Origin: Alistipes sp. | GTDB lineage: Bacteria > Bacteroidota > Bacteroidia > Bacteroidales > Rikenellaceae | Direction: 5' to 3' | DNA: 64,000 nt | NCBI GenBank assembly: GCA_045543935.1 | Contig: JAZPYA010000039.1 | Span: forward strand, 102,292 to 166,291 | Part shown: in pieces, positions 27,210 through 34,681 of the stretch | Layout: the number at the start of each line of letters is the position of its first letter | Position numbering within the stretch: the stretch's first letter is position 1 | Notes under the pieces: generated by a model | What the model saw: only the letters and a program-made list of their open reading frames with translations | The model's database searches: none | Told to the model about the DNA's origin: nothing | Translations under genes and position numbers: made by a program

Positions 27210-29135
27210 TTATTGTTCAGTTATTTCCAATTCATAAGAGGCCTTCTCCCATTCGTGCATCAAGTGGTCGTAGCGCCCCTTCAAATCATCATACGCCTTG
27301 TAATCCTCGGCGTTATACTCTGTTGCCGTAGCAAATCGTGCATCATACTCGGCAATTTGCTTTTCAACATCTGCCAACTCCGTTTCTATTTGTTCCACAT
27401 TTTTGCGCAGTTTGCGGAGTAACTTCTCCTGCTCTTTTTTCTGTTCGTAGGAGAGTTTGCCCTGCGACTGCTCCTGCTTAACCGCAGTTACCACAGGTGT
27501 TTTGCGCTCAATCTCGTGCAGATTTTCGAGCTTGCGTTTTTCGAGGAAGTAGTAGATACCACCAAGGTACTCGCGCACTCCCCCATCTCTAAATTCGTAA
27601 ACTTTATCGACTATGCCGTCAAGAAATTCGCGGTCGTGCGACACAACCACCACCGTTCCGTCAAACTTCTGCAAAGCCGTTTTGAGAATATCCTTCGAAC
27701 GCATATCCATATGGTTGGTAGGCTCATCGAGGATAAGCAGGTTGTGTGGCTCGAGCATCATTCTCGCCATTGCCAAGCGCGAACGCTCGCCACCCGACAA
27801 CACCTTAACCTTCTTCTCTATGTCCTCGCCTCGAAACAGAAATGCACCGAGAATATCACGCAGACGAGTACGAATATCGCCCACGGCTACCCTATCGAGC
27901 GTATCATAGACCGTGAAGTCGCCATTCATCAAGTCGTCTTGATTCTGGGCATAGTAGCCGATGCTGACATTTGCACCAATTTTTATCTCGCCCTCCGACT
28001 GCTCCAACTCGCCAATCAACATACGCGCAAAGGTAGTCTTGCCCTCGCCATTGCGACCAACGAGCGCGATTTTATCGCCCTTGTGAATGGTAAACTCCGC
28101 CCCCGAAAATACTCTGTGCGAGCCGAAAGTCTTACCTACGCCCTTGATATCCGCCACAATCTGACCGGAACGCGGAGCTGGCGGAAACTTTATATTGAGC
28201 GTTGCCAAATCCTCCTCTTCGACCTCGATGCGCTCCAACTTGTCGAGTTGTTTGATGCGCGACTGCACCTGATTTGACTTTGTCGGCTTGTAACGGAATT
28301 TTTCAATAAACTCCTCGCTCTTTTCGATAAGTCGCTGCTGATTTTGGTATGCCGCCAACTGTTGCGCTCGGCGCTCGGCACGAAGCGTAACAAATTGAGA
28401 GTAAGGCACTTTATAGTCATAGATTTTACCTAACGACAACTCTATTGTGCGAGTTGTAACATTGTCCAAAAATGCCCTATCGTGCGAAATCAAAAGCACT
28501 GCACCGTTGTAGTTCTTCAGATACTCCTCCAGCCACTGAATTGACTCGATATCGAGGTGGTTTGTCGGCTCATCGAGCAGAAAAATCGAAGGTCGGCGCA
28601 AAAGCAGTTTCGCCAACTCGATACGCATACGCCAACCGCCCGAGAACTCGCAGGTCGGTTTATCGAACTCCTCACGGCGGAAGCCCAGACCAAGCAGAGT
28701 CTTTTCGATATCGGCATCGCGCGTATCGCCACCGAGTATGTGGTAGCGGTCGTTGGCATCGTTCAGGCGATGCAACAACTTCTCGTACTCCTCACTCTCG
28801 TAGTCGGTGCGCACCGCTATCTCGGCAGTCAATCGCTCAATCTCCGCCTCCAAAGCCAAAACCTCCTCGAAAGCCTTTGCCGTTTCGGCTATCAGCGTAG
28901 TGGTATCTGCCACCTGCATCTGCTGCGGAAGGTAGCCGATTGTGCAGTCGGCATTTTTGGTCACAGCACCCGAAGTGGGTTGCTGTAAGCCCGCTATAAG
29001 TTTGAGTATTGTGGTTTTTCCTGCACCGTTGCGACCAACCAAGCCGATGCGCTCCTTCGGATTAACGAGGAAGGAAATACCATCAAACAAGGTCCAACCG
29101 CCAAAACTTACAGTGAGGTTATCTATAGAAATCAT
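27210..29135 (-). CDS. ABC-F family ATPase
   Basis: Two NBDs (GRNGAGKTT/FSGGWRMR; GRNGEGKTT/LSGGERSR), no TM segments, C-terminal coiled coil. Confidence 0.95.
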   Translation of the reverse strand: MISIDNLTVSFGGWTLFDGISFLVNPKERIGLVGRNGAGKTTILKLIAGLQQPTSGAVTKNADCTIGYLPQQMQVADTTTLIAETAKAFEEVLALEAEIERLTAEIAVRTDYESEEYEKLLHRLNDANDRYHILGGDTRDADIEKTLLGLGFRREEFDKPTCEFSGGWRMRIELAKLLLRRPSIFLLDEPTNHLDIESIQWLEEYLKNYNGAVLLISHDRAFLDNVTTRTIELSLGKIYDYKVPYSQFVTLRAERRAQQLAAYQNQQRLIEKSEEFIEKFRYKPTKSNQVQSRIKQLDKLERIEVEEEDLATLNIKFPPAPRSGQIVADIKGVGKTFGSHRVFSGAEFTIHKGDKIALVGRNGEGKTTFARMLIGELEQSEGEIKIGANVSIGYYAQNQDDLMNGDFTVYDTLDRVAVGDIRTRLRDILGAFLFRGEDIEKKVKVLSGGERSRLAMARMMLEPHNLLILDEPTNHMDMRSKDILKTALQKFDGTVVVVSHDREFLDGIVDKVYEFRDGGVREYLGGIYYFLEKRKLENLHEIERKTPVVTAVKQEQSQGKLSYEQKKEQEKLLRKLRKNVEQIETELADVEKQIAEYDARFATATEYNAEDYKAYDDLKGRYDHLMHEWEKASYELEITEQ

Positions 29136-29144
29136 CGTGCGTTA

Positions 29145-29792
29145 CTATGCGTTCAAAATATCAACTATCGCCTGCTCCTGATTCTCTGCATCAAAGACCG
29201 AGGAGCCTGCAACAATAACATCTACCCCTGCATCATAGACCTCTTTGGCGTTCTTTGCCGAGATACCTCCATCAATTTCAATCAGACAGTTATAGCCCTT
29301 TTCGTCAATCTCCTTGCGCAAAGCACGCACCTTGTCGAGCGAATCAGGCATAAATGACTGACCTCCAAAGCCCGGCTCTACGCTCATCACAAGCACCATG
29401 TCCACCTCCGACAAGTAGTCAAAAATCGCCTCGGCAGGGGTTGCCGGCTTTATGCTTACGCCCGCCTTTGCTCCTGCTGCGTGAATCTCGGCAATGGCAG
29501 CACGAGGATTGGCACACGCCTCGTGGTGGAAGGTTACATAATCAGCACCTGCCTCCACAAAACGCTTTACATATCTTTCAGGCTCGACAATCATCAAATG
29601 CACATCAAGTATCTTGTCGGTCGCCTTACGCACAGGCTTCATAACAGGAAATCCAAACGATATATTCGGTACAAACACACCGTCCATAACATCGATATGT
29701 ACCCACTCCGCAGCGGAGCGATCTACCATCTTTATATCGCGTTCAAGATTGCCAAAATCGGCAGAAAGTATCGAAGGCGCTACTATTCTCAT
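29145..29792 (-). CDS. rpe: Ribulose-phosphate 3-epimerase
   Basis: APSILSADF, HIDVMDG.FVPN, MSVEPGFGGQ, IDGGI. Confidence 0.97.
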   Translation of the reverse strand: MRIVAPSILSADFGNLERDIKMVDRSAAEWVHIDVMDGVFVPNISFGFPVMKPVRKATDKILDVHLMIVEPERYVKRFVEAGADYVTFHHEACANPRAAIAEIHAAGAKAGVSIKPATPAEAIFDYLSEVDMVLVMSVEPGFGGQSFMPDSLDKVRALRKEIDEKGYNCLIEIDGGISAKNAKEVYDAGVDVIVAGSSVFDAENQEQAIVDILNA

Positions 29793-29886
29793 ATTGTTTC
29801 TCTATTTTTTTTGCAAAGATAATAAAAAGAGCAGAGACCACGCAGTTCGACAAGATATTTTTTCTTTTTTGAAAAGACAAAGGTCG

Positions 29887-30426
29887 CTACTCTTGGAAGA
29901 GTCTCTGTTGAGGGTTGTTGTAGATATTGATAATAGAGGAGAGATTCTTGACTGCCCGATGTACCGTATATGCCGTGCCACCCTTTTCGCCCGTAAAGTA
30001 GGCAATTACAGCCGAGGAGTTATCGACAAGAAAATTATTGCGCACAGAGTATGCCATAACCGAGTATTTCGATGCAAGGCATACAACCTCTTCTGCCTCT
30101 GCCACAACTCGTTCAAAGAGTGAGCGTTGCGATTGCAAAAAGCGATTTTGCACTCCCTCGAATGGTACGACTGCCACTAATTGCAACCCCTTTAACTCAT
30201 CGCGCAACGATAGTACACACTCCGCAGCTGCGAGGTCAAATCCCACAGCCATACCACACAAGAAGATGCGATAGCCCCGAGCATATAACCCTCGCACGGC
30301 AACCGCCAACTCCTCGTTGCGACTACCATCGTAGGTGCGATGCCCCGTAAAACAAGCCGTTATTTCTCTATCGTATGCGATACCTATATATATTATAGAT
30401 TCTCCAAAAAATGGCGTGTCTAACAA
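29887..30426 (-). CDS. SLOG (YspA/DUF1273-like) protein; start uncertain
   Basis: CFTGHR, GMAVGFDL.AAE, VVPF, RNNFLVDNSS, GGTAYTV. Confidence 0.8.
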   Translation of the reverse strand: MLDTPFFGESIIYIGIAYDREITACFTGHRTYDGSRNEELAVAVRGLYARGYRIFLCGMAVGFDLAAAECVLSLRDELKGLQLVAVVPFEGVQNRFLQSQRSLFERVVAEAEEVVCLASKYSVMAYSVRNNFLVDNSSAVIAYFTGEKGGTAYTVHRAVKNLSSIINIYNNPQQRLFQE

Positions 30427-30473
30427 GTTTTCACATTGAAGACACGCCCTTTTCTACTCAAAGCATCTTTCGC

Positions 30474-30926
30474 CTATTTATTCTTGAGAATATCGCGAAT
30501 CTCTGTCAGCAATACCTCCTCCTTCGATGGAGCAGGAGGTGCAGGCGGAGTTGCAGGCTTCTCCTCTTCCTTCTTCTTCATGTTAGAAAGACGGGTTACG
30601 AACTTCACCAACAAGAATACGCAGAACGCAAGAATTGTGAAATCTACAACCTGCTGAATAAATGCTCCATAGTTCCAATATACAGGTTCCGATGGCACTA
30701 CGCCCTCATTCACAACCGATGCAGCAGCATCTTTGAGCGCAGCCAAATTAACCTTCAAATCCTTGAAATCGACATTGCCGAGCAACATTCCGATAGGAGG
30801 CATCAAGATATCATTCACAAGCGATGTAACAATCTTGCCGAAAGCGCCACCGATGATAACACCGACTGCCATATCCATCACATTGCCCTTAAGAGCGAAT
30901 GCCTTAAATTCCTTCAAAAATCCCAT
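30474..30926 (-). CDS. mscL: Large-conductance mechanosensitive channel
   Basis: [24 protein letters not shown] ... LLTEIRDIL. Confidence 0.97.
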   Translation of the reverse strand: MGFLKEFKAFALKGNVMDMAVGVIIGGAFGKIVTSLVNDILMPPIGMLLGNVDFKDLKVNLAALKDAAASVVNEGVVPSEPVYWNYGAFIQQVVDFTILAFCVFLLVKFVTRLSNMKKKEEEKPATPPAPPAPSKEEVLLTEIRDILKNK

Positions 30927-30947
30927 AAGTCTAAGTTTTTATTAAAA

Positions 30948-30979
30948 AATTGACAATTGACAATTGACAATTGATAATT
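30948..30979. repeat. Heptamer array AATTGAC
   Basis: aattgac x3, aattgat, aattag. Confidence 0.88.
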
Positions 30980-31001
30980 AGAATCTATTTTTATTCAACA
31001 A

Positions 31002-31128
31002 TCTAAAAGTTGTATAACAAGAGGGATTTCAAGGCTTGCAAGGCGTTGAGTGCGCAGCATACTAAAGCGTATGTGAGCAACTCAACGACCGAAGCGTAAC
31101 GCAGAAATCACCTTGTTAGACGGCTTTT
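31002..31128. repeat. Dispersed structured palindromic element, copy B
   Basis: CAAGGCTTGC ... CGTTGAGT/ACTCAACG stem with ATACT..CGTAT ... AGCGTAACGCAG; outer IR ACAAG.G.GATTTC/GAAATC.C.CTTGT. Confidence 0.65.
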
Positions 31129-33247
31129 ATCCTACGATAAGCAACACCGCATCAGTGGCAACATTATCGCCCTCGGCAACAAGCACCTGCTGAACAGTAC
31201 CGTCATAGTCCGAAGTGATGGAGTTCTCCATCTTCATTGCCTCCAATACTGCAACCTCATCGCCAGCCTTAACAGCATCACCTGCCTTAACCTTCAACGA
31301 GATAACACGGCCCGGAAGTGGAGCAACTACCTTATTGCCAGCAACAGCCTTTGGTGCGGCTGCCTCTGCCTTCGGTGCAACAGGAGCATCGCCCAACTCG
31401 ATAAGCACAGCATCGGTAGCAACATTCTCGCCAGCAACAACCAAAATCTGCTTAACATAGCCTGCAGCGTCCGAAGTGATAGAGTTCTCCATCTTCATCG
31501 CCTCCAAAACTGCAACCTCCTGACCTACTGCCACTGCATCACCAACCTTCACCTTGAACTCGATAACCTTGCCCGGAAGTGGAGCAACGATAGTGTGTCC
31601 GGTGATTGGTTGCGACTTTGGCTCTGCAACTGCTACGGTTTCCTCCTTTGCAGGAGCCTCGGCGGCAACCTTTGCTTGATAAGCCTTTGTCTTAACACCT
31701 GTGAGGTATGGTTTCGCAACGAGTGGGAATAACTCGAGCAACAACTCCTCCTTCTCATTCTCTGCCAACTTCACACCACCTGCCTCTGGCAACTCTGGAT
31801 TTGGCTGATGCTGATACTTAGAGATATCGTAGTTGCTCTCCTCGCGAACACCGCAAATCTTGAAGCGGAATTCAGGGTCAATCTTCACAGGAGTCTCGCC
31901 GTACTCGCCCTTAACGAGGTTTACGAACTGATTGTTCTTGGTTGTGTACATCTCACGACCTGCCTTCAAGTCGAGTGCGCAGTTTACAGCCTGTGCGCCC
32001 ACAATCTGCGATGTAGGGGTTACAAGCGGTGGAAGACCAGCCGAAAGACGCACCTCCGGAATCAACTCCATAGCCTTTGGCAAGATATCCTCTGCCTTCA
32101 ATGCCTGCAACTGTGCAACCATATTCGAGTACATACCGCCAGGGATTTCAGCCTCCTGAACGAGTTTGTTAGGAGCAGGGAAGCCGAAATATGCCTCAAT
32201 CTTCTGTGCTGCATCGAGCAAAGTTGCGAAGTCCTCCTTCTCGGCAGCCTTCACTGCACGATTGAGTTGCTCCTCAACCTCAGCAGGTGTAGCGTCTGTG
32301 AGTGGGTTGAATGGCTTTGGTGCAGGCTTATCCTTACCAAATACCGAAACATTCAACTCGGTGCGGATATCCTTCAACTGCTCGTTAATCTTGGCTACAG
32401 CCTCCATATTTACGCCCATATCGATACCGAGCTTCTGGCAGAAGAGATATACCAACTCCAATGCAGGAGCGCCTGTACCACCACCAAACCACCAGCAGTT
32501 GGTATCAACCACATCAACACCTGCCGCGATAGCCGCATATACCGATGCAAGACCGTAGCCAGGAGTACAGTGTGTGTGGAAGTCGATAGGAACATTTACT
32601 GCAGCCTTCAACTTCTTGACAAGTGCGCTGACACGCTGTGGAGGAATCAAACCCGACATATCCTTAATGGTAATCATATCTGCACCCAACTCTGCCAACA
32701 CCTTCGCCTTCGACACGAAGTACTCATCGGTAAATACAGGAGCAGGATTCTTCTTACCCATCAATTTCTGCCAGAACGACAACTTTGGATATTTTGGATC
32801 TACGGTGTAGCAGACTGCGCAGTCGGCAATACCGCCATATTTCTTTACATACTTGATTGTCGATTTTACATTCTCAACATCATTCAAGCAGTCGAAGATA
32901 CGCATAATACCCAAACCGCTTTCGATAGAGTTGCGACAGAAGCCCTCGATAATCTCATCGGTATAAGGGGCATATCCGAAGAGGTTACGACCACGCGAAA
33001 GAGCGGTGAGTTTAGAGACATCGCCGACCTCCTTCTTGATACTCTCCAAACGATACCAAGGATTCTCGCCGAGGTAACGCATTACCGAGTCAGGTACTGC
33101 ACCACCCCACACCTCCATAGCATAGAAGTGCGCATCTTTGTAGTAAGGCAACACACGCTCAATTTCCGCCTGTGTCATACGAGTTGCGAAAGACGATTGC
33201 TGACCGTCACGCAAAGTCAAATCTCTGATTTTAAGTGTTTTAGCCAT
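31127..33247 (-). CDS. Pyruvate carboxylase B / oxaloacetate decarboxylase alpha-like carboxyltransferase with two biotinyl domains
   Basis: DLTLRDGQQS, EVWGGA, IKDMSG, HTHCT, IPGGMYSN, LVTPTSQIVG; EAMKMEN twice. Confidence 0.9.
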   Translation of the reverse strand: MAKTLKIRDLTLRDGQQSSFATRMTQAEIERVLPYYKDAHFYAMEVWGGAVPDSVMRYLGENPWYRLESIKKEVGDVSKLTALSRGRNLFGYAPYTDEIIEGFCRNSIESGLGIMRIFDCLNDVENVKSTIKYVKKYGGIADCAVCYTVDPKYPKLSFWQKLMGKKNPAPVFTDEYFVSKAKVLAELGADMITIKDMSGLIPPQRVSALVKKLKAAVNVPIDFHTHCTPGYGLASVYAAIAAGVDVVDTNCWWFGGGTGAPALELVYLFCQKLGIDMGVNMEAVAKINEQLKDIRTELNVSVFGKDKPAPKPFNPLTDATPAEVEEQLNRAVKAAEKEDFATLLDAAQKIEAYFGFPAPNKLVQEAEIPGGMYSNMVAQLQALKAEDILPKAMELIPEVRLSAGLPPLVTPTSQIVGAQAVNCALDLKAGREMYTTKNNQFVNLVKGEYGETPVKIDPEFRFKICGVREESNYDISKYQHQPNPELPEAGGVKLAENEKEELLLELFPLVAKPYLTGVKTKAYQAKVAAEAPAKEETVAVAEPKSQPITGHTIVAPLPGKVIEFKVKVGDAVAVGQEVAVLEAMKMENSITSDAAGYVKQILVVAGENVATDAVLIELGDAPVAPKAEAAAPKAVAGNKVVAPLPGRVISLKVKAGDAVKAGDEVAVLEAMKMENSITSDYDGTVQQVLVAEGDNVATDAVLLIVG

Positions 33248-33397
33248 AATCTTTTAATTATTTATTGATAAAATTCCAATTATTCCGTTATTTGTAATAA
33301 CAAATATAATAATTTTCAGTGAAAAAAACACAAAAAAGCGAAAAAAGTTACAAAACTTTACGCTTAAACAGACGAAATGAATGGAGAGATTTCTATT

Positions 33398-33463
33398 AGT
33401 GAGGAGTGAGGAGTGAGGTGAGAGGAGTGAGGTGAGAGGAGCGAGGAGTGAGGAGCGAGGAGG
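33398..33463. repeat. Heptamer array AGTGAGG/AGCGAGG with GGTGAGA variants
   Basis: About 9 units adjacent to the att hairpin; last array before the prophage. Confidence 0.88.
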
Positions 33464-33486
33464 TTTGGGGGATAGGTAACACACGG

Positions 33487-33561
33487 TCTCTCCCGCTACA
33501 AAAAAATAGGAGTGATAAAATCACTCCTAACCATTTTTTTTGTAGCGGGAGAGAGATTTGA
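33487..33561 (-). other. Prophage att site: displaced tRNA-Met-like 3' fragment with its downstream hairpin
   Basis: Minus strand TCAAAT-CTCTC-TCCCGCT-ACA matches a T-loop/T-stem/acceptor 3' strand; pairs with TCTCTCCCGCTACA at 33487; nested TAGGAGTGAT/ATCACTCCTA hairpin. Confidence 0.7.
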
Positions 33562-33651
33562 GTATTGCTCATTATTGGAGAATTGTCAAATCTCATTTTT
33601 CTGATATTCAGTATAATACAATTTTGCGATTTTCTCATATTAAATATCTTT

Positions 33652-33669
33652 TGTCCCGAATCTGTCCCG
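33652..33669. promoter_or_regulatory. Putative integrase arm-type sites
   Basis: TGTCCCG direct repeat with 11-bp period about 90 bp inside the att core. Confidence 0.4.
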
Positions 33670-33718
33670 GTAAGGCGTCAGTATTTAGGTAATACATAAC
33701 GCCTTCCGGCAAAATGTA

Positions 33719-34093
33719 TTACATGGCATCGGCACTGACGGCATCTTCTTCCACTCGGACAGTGCCCCCTTTATTATTCTCTATAACTCTTTGCTGGGAC
33801 TCTATTGTTCGTTGTTGAGAACTAATAGTATCGACTAACTGTTGGATAGAATTAAAGACCTCTCTACTCATAGTAACAGTATCTGATGGGAGTTCGTCTG
33901 CACTCGCCTCTATAATCATAGAGGTATCATATTCTCCGGCATTTAAGAGAAACTCTATTTTCTCGGAAGATAAATGCGACTTACCTTTAATTATCTGTGA
34001 AATGAAAGGTTGTCCTACGCCAAGAATCTTTGCTAACCCTTTTTGAGTTAATTTATTTTTCTTAATAAAAGCCTGTAAATCAATCTTATACAT
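33719..34093 (-). CDS. Phage XRE repressor (CI-like, no S24 peptidase domain visible)
   Basis: LTQKGLAKILGVGQPFISQII.GK HTH; divergent from Cro-like gene. Confidence 0.85.
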   Translation of the reverse strand: MYKIDLQAFIKKNKLTQKGLAKILGVGQPFISQIIKGKSHLSSEKIEFLLNAGEYDTSMIIEASADELPSDTVTMSREVFNSIQQLVDTISSQQRTIESQQRVIENNKGGTVRVEEDAVSADAM

Positions 34094-34153
34094 AATACAA
34101 TAAAAAATTAGATACAAAATATCACTAAATTATGTGCATATATTAGCAATAAT

Positions 34154-34211
34154 TTACTATATTTGCATCGGTACTCACAAAGTCCGCACAAGTGCGGAAC
34201 AAATATAGTAA
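34154..34211. promoter_or_regulatory. Face-to-face lytic/lysogenic promoter pair
   Basis: Perfect 12-bp IR TTACTATATTTG ... CAAATATAGTAA, each arm a TAnnTTTG -7 box; central TCCGCAC/GTGCGGA hairpin. Confidence 0.7.
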
Positions 34212-34235
34212 AAATTTATCATAAAATACGCCAAA

Positions 34236-34442
34236 ATGGAAGAGATTAAATTTACTGAGTTCTGGAAGAAACTTGATTTCATTCAGAAAAATGAGTTGAG
34301 ACGACTTCTTAGTCAAAAAGCGGAGTGTTCTCCTTCAACTGTTGATAGGTGGGGAACTGGATACAGAACACCCAACCCATATAAGAAGGTGAAGATATGT
34401 AACTTGGTCAAGAAGAACTACAATATAAGTGTTACCTTCTAA
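34236..34442 (+). CDS. Cro-like HTH protein
   Basis: 68 aa, LSQKAECSPSTVDRWGTGYRTP. Confidence 0.7.
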   Translation: MEEIKFTEFWKKLDFIQKNELRRLLSQKAECSPSTVDRWGTGYRTPNPYKKVKICNLVKKNYNISVTF

Positions 34443-34453
34443 TACCTATATAT

Positions 34454-34651
34454 ATGTATGTAGATAAAGATGGTCGAGGGCTCTACTCGATAATGGAGTT
34501 GGCACCAGACGAAATAGAAACTATTCGTAGGGCAATAAAGGCGTTTCGTGCAGGAATGATAATGAGCAATTCGGATTCCAAAGAGAACGAGTGCCACAGA
34601 CAATATGTCCGAGCAACAAAGATACTAAACACACTCTCTGAACTTCCATAA
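34454..34651 (+). CDS. Phage hypothetical protein
   Basis: Co-oriented early gene, A-rich start context. Confidence 0.65.
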   Translation: MYVDKDGRGLYSIMELAPDEIETIRRAIKAFRAGMIMSNSDSKENECHRQYVRATKILNTLSELP

Positions 34652-34681
34652 ATTTCGGGGGGGGGATTTTCCCTTATAGAT

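Noticed and set aside
31808-33268. Long antisense ORFs (also 22969-23868, 22291-22917, 5196-5942, 10810-11673, 42484-43305)
   Set aside because: Shadows of well-supported genes with strong codon bias; no motifs of their own.
34171-34184. GTACTCACAAAGTC repeated at 57498-57511 as a shared operator
   Set aside because: Both copies follow -7 boxes, but one 14-mer match within 30 kb is roughly expected by chance, and it is not palindromic.
34154-34211. Invertible promoter
   Set aside because: The inverted repeats are themselves the promoter boxes, inversion would change little, and no recombinase is adjacent.
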